From assembly GCA_000934665.2 (NCBI GenBank), contig JYFJ02000810.1:62001-107659 (forward strand): a DNA stretch of 45,659 nucleotides. The letters are read 5' to 3'. The translations under genes were made by a program, and so were the position numbers. Below, piece after piece: positions 10,801 through 22,060 of this stretch. The DNA comes from Catajapyx aquilonaris (Eukaryota). Position 1 is the first letter of the stretch. Each line of letters starts with the position of its first letter. Under the pieces are notes generated by a model that worked only from the letters and a program-made list of their open reading frames with translations, was not told the origin of the DNA and did no database searches.

Positions 10801-13800
10801 AGAGTAATTTGAATCAATTGTGTCAAAATGCAAGTACAAAAGATAACTTTAAATGAGAAGTTCTCAAAGTATCAATGCTGTTGTCAGTTGAGTAATTGGT
10901 AAATTATGTAATGAAAGTAATTAAAACTAATTATGTAATACAATATTGGCTTGATATATTGCAGTAAGTGGTCAATTAAAGATGGGCCAGTCATTGCATG
11001 TGGAATTTATTACTAATAAAATGAAGAGCAAGAAATTTGATGATCCAATAGGATCTCATACATACCATGCACCAGATGTGTTTAATATCATAGTGGTGTC
11101 ATTAGGTATTAAAACACCTGCCTCACCAGACCATTTCGGGTATGACTGGTTGACAACAGGAATATGGAATGAAAAGGCCCATGTTTCCCTCCATGACCAC
11201 CACCTTACACCTCAGAGTGGCTGTCAGTAATTCACAACAATGCCTCTACACCACCTGCCGCCTGCTGATGTGCATTTAATGTGTCCCTTCTCTTCCTAAT
11301 GAGATTTTTTCGTCCAGAACTGGATAACTTGTTGGCTCTGCAACTGCTTCTATTGTGCGCCCAATTGCTGAAGGGGGTGTGTGTGCTAGGTGGATGTGTG
11401 GTTTTCTCCTGAGACCAATTTTGTTTTGATGTCAACAAGACCTGCCTTTATATGTGGAAGAAGCCGGAACAAACCTGAAGGATATATCTTACTCTGCATG
11501 TTACAGTCCTTTGCTACATCCAATTGAATGGTCCACATTCATTTGACTGGCCCTTGTAGTGAAATTCATTAGCATCAATAAGGCAACAGTTTACCAGAAA
11601 TGAACGTAAATTATTGTTTGCAGACTGGTGGATGTGATAAAACATGGTGCGAGGCCTACACATGTTAAGAGATGTGATGTCATTGCAATCAATTACAAAT
11701 TTATACCATATGCAAATATCATTGAGTAATACCTCATTAATGACAAGTGTTATATTATCACAATAACATTTCACATACCTCTCACAGTTCTTAGTCTATT
11801 AACAAGCACTTTCTGATTTGTACACACATATCTGCTTTGATTTTACAATGTAATGGTGAAGGCTTGCGCTCTAGTTTAGTCTGGGTGTTTAGATTTCCCA
11901 CAGCAGTGCTTTTGCATGGATCACTAGAGTTCCCTCTTTATTTTGTTTCTTCACAGGTCGTCTCTGTTACACAGATCCCCATGACAAACAGAAGTCCTTC
12001 CTTGTGTCAGGTATTGCTTTTGCTTGCCCAATTAGACTTACCCTGTCTTCTTTTATTTCGCCCCTTGGTGCCTCTTTTCTTGTTGAGCTCTTGGTTGCCG
12101 CTTGAATTATTCAGTTGCATAACTATGCATGCAGATGAACTGAGGCCCCACCAGCATCTTTTGATCAATTCCATTTTCAACCAGATGGAAATCTCTGGAC
12201 AGAGGAGGGCAAGGGCAAAGGGAAGGGAAAGTCAAGTCACAAGCGGATTCCCGAGTTTCCGGTGCAGGCCATTGTCCCGAAGAAGGAGGTCATCAACTGC
12301 GTATGCGGGGTGACAGAAGAGGATGGCCTGATGATCCAGGTAGCTCACTCTTTATGTAGAAGAGAAGCTGCTTGCAAGGGATTCTCCAATAATATCAGAA
12401 CTGCTCTCCAACTTGGTTATTCCCAAGGGTCGCATGACTTTTGTAACAAAATTTTCTGGTTATTAGTAAATGCGTGACAGGAATATGATTTTCATCACTT
12501 TGATAGTGCTGTGTTTATAGCATTTTTATCAACTCCGGAGAACCTTATCAAACAGCACACTGGTTCATCAACTTAGGGGGTCATTTTTAAAGTGCCACAA
12601 CACGGCACTGCTATTGGATTTTAATGTTGCCATCACAAACGTGCCCGAAGGAGCTCTGGGTAGCAGACTTTGTAGCCACACTATAAATTTGGAACCAAAG
12701 AGAGGAAATGTCAGTTAGGGATAGACATAATGCAGTGCATTTTGCCATGGTGGGGAAAACTCACATCTAGAAAACCTGCGTCATGCGAATCTCCCATGTA
12801 CACTCATTTGTATGTAGGCAAGAGTTATGGGAATGTCGGTGTGACCTTGAGAATGATTTCTAAGTGCCTAGCCTTGGGTGGTATATGAACATTCACATCG
12901 TGCTTCGTGGAAGGAGCCAACCTCCAATATAGCAGATTTGTTCTTTTATTTGGAAGGATCTTTCTTGTTTGTCTCTCTGATCCCCCTAATATTTTGATTT
13001 GTTGAAGGAAGGATCAAAACTAGTAATGATTAGAGTCCTGATTTTTAGGCCCAAAAAAACCTTCAAATAGGCACTTAAATAGGCGCAAAAAATCTCAAAT
13101 AGGCACAAAATTTCTACTTTTTTGGGAGCATGGCGGATAATGTTACAGAAAATGAGCTAGAATAATTTTTATAGGCCTCAAGTATAAACATAAGGTCACA
13201 AACCATAGCAAAAACCGAATAACAACGTTAAACTGACAGGAAACTTGAGCGAAAGACACGAAGTGCAAGCAAGTATCACTTGCTCTGGACTCGATTACCA
13301 CTTATGGCGAGTTTTCACTTGCACAATATGTTGCCAAAATTTAGAAAAATATTTGGCATATGCATCACAGAAACATGATTCGTATTACTTCTGAGAGATT
13401 TTGGACCTTTCAGGATCACAAAAATATTCCACGGAAAAACCCAACATGCCTCTGGAAAAATAGGTCCAGAATAGGCCCAAAAAGCCCCGAAAATGCTCCA
13501 AAAATTTTAAAAACGATCCCAAACAAGGCCAAATAGGCATAAAAAGTCGAAAAAAAGCTATAATATACAAAATAGTTCTCAAAACCACTCAATAGGCCAT
13601 TCTAGGCACTATAAAACGTACATTTTCCACATCCTGCACTTATGAAATGGATAGATCTCTTCACAAAACCATCCCAACTGTTAAGGAACTAAATAGGCAT
13701 TTGCCTACAAATCCGGACTCGAGTAATGATGCTTATGTGCTCTAGGCATTATCCTGCAAGCAGAAGTAACTACCGTGTGTCACAAAGAACTCCAGTTGCA

Positions 13801-16800
13801 AGTTTCCCACCAGGCAATTCTAGACTCACTTCTAGGAAGGCACTGGGGCGTACAAAGCTGGACATTATAGCAGTCCCTAAAAAATTTCCGCTGTGAATTA
13901 TGCAAATGAAGATTGCCCCTCGCGCCACTCATGTGGGAAAATTTTTAGGGACTGTTATGTCCAGCAGTGTACTGAGACCCATTGATAGTGTACAAAATTG
14001 CTGATTGGAAAATTAGATAACAAACGGGAATTAGTGGAAAACATATTATGCTCGTCTCACATTTTGGTACGTGAATCACATCTGGCCAGTGCATGACATG
14101 CAGAAGGAAAGCAAATCAGAGGCAAATATAAATCGCCATCCACTATGCACCCACTGCCGTTACCAAACTCAACATGATGCCCTTACATCCTCTGAAGTTA
14201 GCTGATGTGTTGCAGTGCAGTTTTACCAGCCACTATATTAGTAGAAGAGTAGGGGCGACACGGTGGCGGAGTAGTTAGCGCCACAGCCTTCCACCTCTAA
14301 GGTCCCGAGTTCGATCCCCGGGTCGGACGGAGGATTTTTATGTGGATAGAGTTTCGATGGGTTCTCTCCGTGTTCGTGTGGGTTTTCTCGGGGTTCTCCC
14401 GTTTCCTCCCGCTATCAAAATCCATCACAGCGCAGGCAATGATTAAAGTCGGTTAAATAAAAGATGATCCCCTAAGAGGTCCCCAAGGAGGCCTAGCACG
14501 GAGTATCCATTATTACTATATTAGTAGAAGAGTAGCTGCAGGGACAGACGGGAGCTTCCATAGTCTTTTGGGCTCTTAATCAGAGGGCCCATCACTTGCA
14601 TGCCCAAAATTACCTGTTAATTTTAACTAATATAAGTTACTATTTTCTCATTATTGGTTAATGGATAAATAAATAAATAAACATTTGAGAGAGATGAAGT
14701 CATTCATTGTTGGCTGACCATGTGTACGGTAAATGCACAATACATGAAAGATGTCAATACAAGATGGTTTCTTAATTGCTTAGATATTTCTGAATTTTTA
14801 AAATTGGTTTTCAAATTTTCTGTGATTATGAAACTATTGATAGGGAATTCAATGAGATGATTTTTCTTTCCAAAGTGTGACCAGTGCTTGTGTTGGCAAC
14901 ATGGGTACTGCTGCAACATCGAAGAAGAGAGCCAGGTCCCGGAGAAGTATGTGTGTGTGCTGTGTAGACACCCAGTATTTGAGAGGCGGTCAATGCACTA
15001 TGTGCATGACCAGGACTGGATGAAGCAGGGGAAGATGCCCTCCTTCTCTGCAGCTGTGTTGGAAGATGACGAGGAAGACTTGCCCAGAGTGGATCCAGAG
15101 TTAGCAGAACACAGGCTGCAGAAGTCTTTTGACCTCACAGCTGACCTCAGAGACTCACAAATGCTGATGTATAGTCTCAGCCTCAAAATGCACATCGCAA
15201 GGTGGGCTGCTACCTTTAATCAGAACTAACTATTACCCTATTCCTATAGACATTATATCTACAGTACTTGAAAGTGAGGCTTTATTTTTCATCTCTCACC
15301 TCGTGTATGGATGAAAGTATACCTGCATGACATGTTGATGTGAAGTTGGCTGGAATTTTGTCAATATTTACTTTTTCTTCGCCCCCCACAGCCAGGAGGA
15401 CCACCAAAAACTGTACCTTTGGAACAAGAGGCAGCGACCAGAGCCAGTACTTCCCTCTATCTCAACTGCAATCCCTGACCCTGCGACTTCTATCCCAGTG
15501 TCTGACCCGGTCACAGATGAGGACAAGCCTTCAACATCCTCTGCAGTAGAGGAGGACTTGGGCAAGCTGGCTGCCAGCCTGTCTTCCAGTGAGGTCCAGA
15601 GGCTTCTGGAGAGCGAGGTGGCAGCACTGGTTGGGGCTGCTGAGGAAATGGAAGAGGAGGAGGAGGAGGAGGAGGAAGAGGAGATGGTGGTGCTGAAAAA
15701 ATGTACAGAAACCTACGGAGATCATTCGTACGCAACACAAATGGCCAGACCCATGGATGCGGCTGCTGTGGTGGCTGCTGCTGTGGCACTTCCTAATGGA
15801 GGAAATGGTGGGAGCGATGTCCTTGGAGGGGACTTAGAACTGCCCCCCTCGTTGCTGATGGCTGACCAGAAGCAGCTAGTGTCCAAGGTGAAGGGGCTGC
15901 AACCATGCAATGGATTCTCCTTGGGTGGTGGGTCAGCAGAGGTAAGGTGCACCAGTGAGGCGATGGCAGATGCGGCGGATAGTAAGGGGTTCTCTGACGT
16001 AGTGAACTTCAGTGAGGCAACATCTGGTGGAGCAGAGGCACTAAGAGACCAAGGAGTGTCTGACAAGATCAGTGCTGGAGCATTGGATGTGGCGGTGCCT
16101 GGCACTAGTGCTGGGGTGTCAGGCATGACGATTCTACAATCTAGTACAAGGGCGCCAAGTGTGTCAAGTGCGTCGTTTATGGCGGTTCCAAGTACTAGTA
16201 CAGGGAATCTTGGTGCAGGATTTGTGAACTTACGTTCAAGGCCAGTGACTGCAGAAGATGTGTGTTTGCCAAGGGTACCAAATGCGGCAGTCAACACATC
16301 TGGAATTAAAACCAATACGGGTGCTGTAGGCAGTAGTACACGGGAACCAAATGTGACAATTCCAAGCACCAGTGCAATGGCTTCAGAACCACTTCGTGCA
16401 ATTGAAGCAGTGCTAGATGTGGAGGCAGCTGCTAGGAATAGCACCAGTGCAACTGTGACAGAGAGTAGTGACAATCCTGTTGTCAATTCTGGAACACAGA
16501 CGCACGATACCAAGGGTTCTGCCTTGGTGTCATCCGAGGAGGCAGTGTTGCCAGAGGGGGCGCTGGATGACGTGGAGGACGTGTTCCCCTTTGGGGATCT
16601 TCCATCATCGCAGAGCAGCCAAGAGCTGTCCTCAATAGCCAGCCTGGACCTGAGTCTGAGCCAGTCTGAGATAGAGCAGCTGGCTAGCAGTGTGGAGCGG
16701 AATCTCATTGGTGGGAGTGTGATTGCTCCTGCACCTGAAACCCTTTCCAACAATCCCTCTCAAGCACCTGGTACCTCTTCAGAGGCGGTTACACCACCAG

Positions 16801-17389
16801 TGACTGTGTCCCCTAACGTGCCAGAACCAGAGGCAAGGATAGACTCCCAGGTTTGCCGTGTCAACCTGCTGGAGGACATCAGCGAGTCGCAGGACATGCT
16901 GGCTGCCAATCTGGACAGCATTGAGGCACAGCTGGAAGGTATACGAATCAAAACTGTTACTGTAGCTTGCACCTGTGTGATTCTGGGTCGAGTTGAAAAA
17001 ACACTTGAGAAAATGCCTGCCTTATACCAGTGCCTTTATTCTGAGGAGGGTACAGTACAACCCCAATTATCATGACTAATTATGGAACCAAAAAGTGCAA
17101 AAATTGCAAAGTATATTTCTTTGTAGTGTGTGTGCACTTGCAGTGCAGGAGTTGGTGTCTAATAAGCGTAAACTTATCCTTGCCTGAGCAGATAATCGGG
17201 GTTTTACTGTAGATTAGAACTTCTGGAACAAGAATGTGAACACTATCCCCCTTCTATTTTGTAGCCCTGGAAAGGGAGCAACCAGGCAGACCTGAAGGGG
17301 CTGGCCCAGACGACATGCGGATGAAAATTACCCTCCAAATGCTGTTGAGAGACTTGGCGACGGTGCAGCAGGTATCCGAGTTCAACTGA
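4813..17389 (+). CDS. PHF20: PHD finger protein 20-like / MBD-R2 (NSL complex subunit): Tudor-Tudor-MBD-C2H2-PHD-C-terminal helical region, ~1463 aa
   Basis: Exons 4813-5102, 5191-5303, 6035-6724, 7745-7859, 7941-8830, 9889-10029, 12185-12339, 14876-15201, 15392-16938, 17265-17389; all GT-AG, phases consistent, 4392 nt. Motifs: Tudor 1 (WYPAKIVEVD...IHFENWSARYDEW), Tudor 2 (VMAAWSDSKKYEA...YEVIFYDG), MBD ([35 protein letters not shown]), C2H2 (CPKDGCSKVFRKENLLQMHVKHYH), PHD (CVCG...MIQCDQCLCWQHGYC...YVCVLC), C-terminal LQMLLRDLATVQQ. Confidence 0.93.
9088..9828. mobile_element. PIF/Harbinger-type MITE (741 bp) in PHF20 intron
   Basis: TIRs AGCCCCGTTTCCAC / GTGGGAACAGGGCT match at 12 of 14 positions, with further weak similarity inward. 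TAA target-site duplication at 9085-9087 and 9829-9831. Confidence 0.75.
9411..9535. repeat. 39-bp minisatellite, 3 copies plus a partial copy
   Basis: Unit GTGTCTAGGCCTCAGCCATCCGATAGCATGATGTCGTGT at 9411, 9450 and 9489 (third copy has 2 mismatches), head-to-tail with no spacers. Confidence 0.95.
13031..13722. mobile_element. hAT-type MITE (692 bp)
   Basis: TIRs TAGAGTCCTGATTTTTAGGC / GCCTACAAATCCGGACTCGA match at 17 of 20 positions. Perfect 8-bp TSD GTAATGAT (13023-13030, 13723-13730). Repeated subterminal AAATAGGC motifs at both ends. Confidence 0.88.
13853..13969. mobile_element. Small Tc1/mariner-type MITE (~117 bp)
   Basis: Imperfect ~35-bp TIRs (CAAAGCTGGACATTATAGCAGTCCCTAAAAAATTTCC / GGAAAATTTTTAGGGACTGTTATGTCCAGCAGTG) flanked by TA. 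Confidence 0.7.
14253..14514 (+). mobile_element. tRNA-derived SINE with V-domain-like core, young insertion
   Basis: tRNA-like head with A box (TGGCGGAGTAG) and B box (GAGTTCGATCC). The core GTTCTCTCCGTGTTCGTGTGGGTTTTCTCGGGGTTCTCCCGTTTCCTCCC resembles the conserved V-SINE/MetaSINE domain. Short (ATT)n tail. Perfect ~21-bp TSD ACTATATTAGTAGAAGAGTAG at 14232-14252 and 14515-14535. Confidence 0.88.
17053..17209. mobile_element. Tc1/mariner (pogo/Tigger-like) MITE (157 bp) in last PHF20 intron
   Basis: TIRs CAGTACAACCCCAATTATC / GATAATCGGGGTTTTACTG match at 17 of 19 positions; TA on both sides. Confidence 0.78.
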
Positions 17390-18804
17390 GGGAAACCCTT
17401 CATCCCTGGATTCACATGCCAGGCACTCGCGACATCCAGTGAATTTTTAAATCTTGATGTGAGCATGGGTGAGAGAGAGAGAGATCGTGGGAAGGTGGAA
17501 ATGGAAGATGAGACATGGAGACTTACCTTGTTTACTTTTTAATTTTCCAAGTCAGTTTTTTTCCTATGTTGAATAGTGAAGTGAGGTGAGTTGGAAGTGA
17601 AGTGATTTGTGGTTTCTTTTTTAAAGTGTTATTTGGAAAAAAGTTAACCTCTTGTTAACAGGACTTGTCTGTCAGGCACAGAGAGTAGCCAGCTTTTGTA
17701 AAGCAGTCAGGCTGCACCCCCTAGATTTTTTTATACGGAGCACTTAACGTGCAAGATATTAGTTGATAGCATTCGTTTCATTGCTCCTACCCTACTTTGT
17801 TTTGTTACTTCTTGTTTTCCTATTCACCCCTCCCCTCCCCTTTGGGTAATTGTGTATAACACTTGTACATCATACAAGTCACCAGTGTGATTGTTGCTTC
17901 CTGTTTATGAGTGGTGCCTTTCATCCACTACGAATCGTTCACATAAGTTTCAAAGGCTTTCTGACCTGACTCACCTTGAGCCGTAAATAAGAGAGAGAAA
18001 ATGTGGAAATGTGATAAAACACAGAAAAAAAAAGTTAACCCATCCCTCACTACACGAATGTACATACTCATTTTTTGTAGTAAATGAAGCAAACTGTTTT
18101 TAGTCTCTTTGTGTAAGTTTGAAACAAAAAAAAAGGCGAAAAAGTTCCTAGTCAAAGTTTCTTTTTTCCCTTTCGTGTTTTTTTCTGAGGTACGATCGAG
18201 TTAATGAAGAACACCACTTGTGGGAAGAAAAAATGTCACACTGTTGTATATCACGTTGAAAAAAGAAAACGTATCCCAAAAAAATTAACAAAACTAAAAT
18301 CTGTGCTGTACATTACAGTTGTGGATTTCTGTGCAAAGGTCATTTATTAATTTTTTGAGGTCGTGATGACAAGGGTAGGCTTTGCATTTGTGGAAGTGCT
18401 GTACAGGTTCCTGCTTTTACAGGTTCTTACTTAGTTGACTTGCAACCAGAAGGTCACCAGAGAATGGAAACGGGGGGGATAATTGGGGAAAGGGTGACAA
18501 ATGGAAACATGGATAAAAAAGAAAAGGAAAAAGTTATTTGGAATGAAAATTGCAAATTCTACATCTTTCTTCTCATTAACCTTTCAACCTTGCATCTCTG
18601 AAAGAACAGTGTTGCTGCCGGATGCAATAGAGCCATAACGAGATATGGGACTTTGACTTGAACTTGTCATCGTGACACTAATGCCCATTAACAGTTACGG
18701 CTCTTTTGCATAAGGTAGTGAAGTGGTGCTGTGACAGTGATTGTCATAATTTACTACACAAGAGTGCTTCATTTTGAACTCGACAAGATTACAGGAGAAT
18801 CTCG

Positions 18805-19892
18805 TCAAGGAACTTCCTTTAGAATCAATTCACGATGGAGAGCACGTAACTGCCTTGCTGAGAAGTTATCCTCATATTCACACGCAAAGTAGTCTGCATC
18901 ACCACAGACAGCTGCAGAGTACTTGAAAACGCCTTTTCTGACTGGGCGGAGCCTCAAACAGCGACGGGGTGAGTCTGAGAAAACTCCAGAGCCCTGCTTC
19001 ATGTCTTCACGGGAGGCCCACAGCCTTACCTCGTTGCTGATTGGACGCCCTGTTTCCATCCAGATCCACACCAGACCTGGATTCAGGCCACCAGCCCATA
19101 CAGAGTTTCCTGGATGGTAAGTACATGGCATAAGGAGATACCACCATTGTTATAAATTTAATTTTGAAGTAACGACCACGTCCTTAATCTACAGGAATCC
19201 TGGGAAAATGTCAATAATGATTTTGCACATCCTGAGTGAAGAAATGGCAATATTGCTAAACATAAGTAATGGGAATGAAGGAATTCTCATTGGACCAACC
19301 TGGGTTACCACCAAGCTGGTCCGAGGTCTCCAAAAGCGTACCTCTAAGGCTTGGTTCTGTCCCCAAGTAATTGGCTACTGCTTCAAGCTCCTCAGGTGTG
19401 TCCAGCTCCATCAGCTTGGCCCCCAGGTCCTTGCAGAAGCCTTGAGCTGCCTTCCAGTTCATCCGCCTCCGTAAGGGCCGACTAAATAGGTAGCAGCTAC
19501 CATCCTTCCCAAGCTCCACGAACTCGGGAGGACAAGGGTTGGACTTGGCTGGCTGCTTGTTAGTCCCCTGAAGTAGGTAGAGGAAGAGTTCCTCTAGTTT
19601 GGCCACACGAGACTCCAGCTTGTCAAACCGGGTGACAAACTTCTCTAAGGCGTGCAGGAGCTGGAGGTCTGTCTCTGTGACCTGGTCCTGTGGCCTTGGA
19701 TTGGTGGAGCCTGCTCCAGTCAATATCTTGTCATCACGGTACTCGCTCTTTTCAACTGGATTATCTGCAGTCAAGATATATAGTTTAAAGGAGTTATCTA
19801 TGGAGCTGAATGGAAATGTAGTAATAGTTACCAGTTGTCTCTGATGTGGTTTGTAGCACAACGCATATCAACAAAACCGGTATTGCCCTCAT
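18805..19892 (-). CDS. Secreted C-type lectin-domain protein with N-terminal coiled coil, ~262 aa
   Basis: Exons 19892-19832, 19764-19342, 19109-18805 (phase-1 introns). Signal peptide MRAIPVLLICVVLQT, a heptad region (LEKFVTRFDKLESRVAKLEEL), then a CTLD: CPPEF...SCYLFS...WKAAQGFCKDLGAKLMEL...VWAGGLNPGLVWIW...RCLRL...C...YFACE. Confidence 0.88.
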
Positions 19893-20737
19893 GTCGGCTC
19901 GTTATAGACTGTTCCTTTTGATTGAGTGTGTCAGGATGTTTGTGCGGTGTCCCACAGCTTATCTATGTAGGCAAAGTTGACATGAGGGTTTTTCCAGTCA
20001 AAATAGGATCTGACTGTGCCTGGTCTGTGGCGGGTCATATACACATTTTTGGGGTTACGTAATTATTGCCTGCTGTACAGTAGGCGTGTACACTGCCCTG
20101 CGCAGTGTTGCTGCATTGATCATATCTGTCAACTAGCAAATGAGTATTCACTATTCTTTCCTGCAAGTGGGTCACATTGATGACCAGGAAGCAGCAGGTG
20201 GAAATGTCAATGCGGTTGTCTGGCTGTGTTAGAAATAAGTCTCGGCAGTGGTGGTAATACAAGACACATTTCTTAGAAAAGCAACCTTGCCCCACATTCT
20301 CTAAGTCACACGACCCAATTTTCATTTACTAGCTTTTTTTAGTGATGTCCTAAGGTCACCGGCTTTTATACCCCACAATTTTTTCACGCGCTCTAAACTT
20401 AGTGTCGACAAGATTAACCTAAGCACACTTACTTGGCATAAATCGCTCAGCACATTGACGTCACCACGAACTCTTGCCGTCGACTTTTCTGGCAGCCGTG
20501 TAAACAGATAACTGCAATAAGGTGACCCACTAGACAAAGAAGCGCCCTACTGGCCTTCACTTTCAAAAAGTGGATATCTGCCCACACTATTTGGCCCCTC
20601 CGAATTGTAAGGGTCACCTGGTGAAATCGAGGACTTTAACCCGGATATGGGAGGGGTCATAACCGTATGGAAACTGCCAGGAAATTGTGCACAAGTGTTT
20701 TTTATTTGACGGTGACACATGCCGGAACACGTGCTTG

Positions 20738-21433
20738 CTAATCGGCGGCCAATTTGAGCATGTTGTCCTTGTTGACCCGGTACAAGTGCCAGCCTAGGCC
20801 TTGGGTGAGGTCATGCGCATCCACCACTTTCTCGTAAAATTGTCTCGCAATATTCCAATCCAGTACCGCGAAATCTAGACGAGAGCAACCCTTTTCTAGT
20901 GCAGTCTGGAAGAAATTAATGGCAATTGATGACCTTGATGATTTGCATAAGTTTTTTTTTGCACTACCTGTGCGACTTTCCTCATGAGGGCGGTGCCCAC
21001 GCCGTGTGTTCTCTGATGAGCCGTTACGTAAAGATCTTCCATGTAAACACTCCTGCCCTCCCACGTGGAGTAGGAGTAATAGTAGATCACGTAACCGATC
21101 ACTTTCAGATCATTCGTCTCGGCCACGTAGCTGTGGTATGCTGGGTCAGGACCGAACCCATCTTCCTCCAGAACTGACAAAAGTGGACATCAATTGTTGA
21201 TTGTCGATGAATTGTGACAATTTTGCTCAATATGGTACACCCACCTTTAGCGTTGATTTTGGGTCCATCTGGTGCATTTTCGTAATCGGCCAATTCCTAA
21301 GAGGTCATTGGGGTCATGAGAGTAGGTAGAAGTGTGGGCGATGAGTGATGGCACATGGCAGACTCACCTGGATGAGTTCCCGAATGGCGGTGCAGTCCTC
21401 TCGCTTAGCTTCTCTAATTCTGTAATCCGACAT
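20738..21433 (-). CDS. Diamine (spermidine/spermine or thialysine) N-acetyltransferase, SAT1/SAT2-like GNAT, ~163 aa
   Basis: Exons 21433-21368, 21296-21245, 21173-20968, 20905-20738. Motifs IREAKREDC..IRELIQELADYE, LEEDGFG, YSYSTWEGRSVYMEDLYV, RTHGVG (acetyl-CoA loop), CSRLDFAVLDWN...FY. TATA-like element upstream at ~21585-21592. Confidence 0.92.
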
Positions 21434-22060
21434 GGCGATGATAAGACCAGTCTGTGACTGAGGGGTCATTAGGCAGACTGTGGGCTTGGGGGAGAGCCAG
21501 ACCTGATATTCCTTGTTGCCAAATGGTGTCCCATCATTGATGAGGGAGGAATGTACTTGACCACGCCTTTTGCATGTCGATGGTTTTTATATGTGGTGGG
21601 TACAAAAAGCAGACCATGTGTTGGGTGCACTTTGAACCCTGCTTGACTGATTATTTTGTAGGGTAGACGTGATGTCTGCTATCAGCAGGAGGAATGCACC
21701 GGGTGATGAAAAGAACACGTATATGTTGGTGTCGCAATATTGACTCTTGAGCCGCTGCACATGTTTTTATTATGTCAACCGTGCTGCATGTGTAATACTC
21801 CGTGTAAAAAGATTTCTCTCTTTGATAAAACAATATCAGTTTACCCCTCAGATTCCCATTTTTATATAAGCACAATGTCTCTTTTCCTGAAAATAACTTA
21901 ACGCAGTCACAATCGAATACCATCATCGCGAGCTACATTACTTGGAACACATAAATGCTGGGGCGGGTCTATTCCTGAGTAGCAAACGGTGCGAAAGGGT
22001 TTGCCGCATAGAGGATAAGCACCTCCCGTTAATTTACAGTAAATACTTGTGGCCTTGTTA

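Noticed and set aside
11106..11222. Possible 117-nt phase 1-1 alternative PHF20 exon (GIKTPASPDHFGYDW...)
   Set aside because: It is in frame and stop-free, but the acceptor lacks a polypyrimidine tract and the donor is weak; not supportable without RNA data.
15722..16753. 343-aa antisense ORF (also 8403-8855, 6372-6743, 22650-22970 and similar)
   Set aside because: These are shadows of real coding exons on the opposite strand and have no recognisable motifs.
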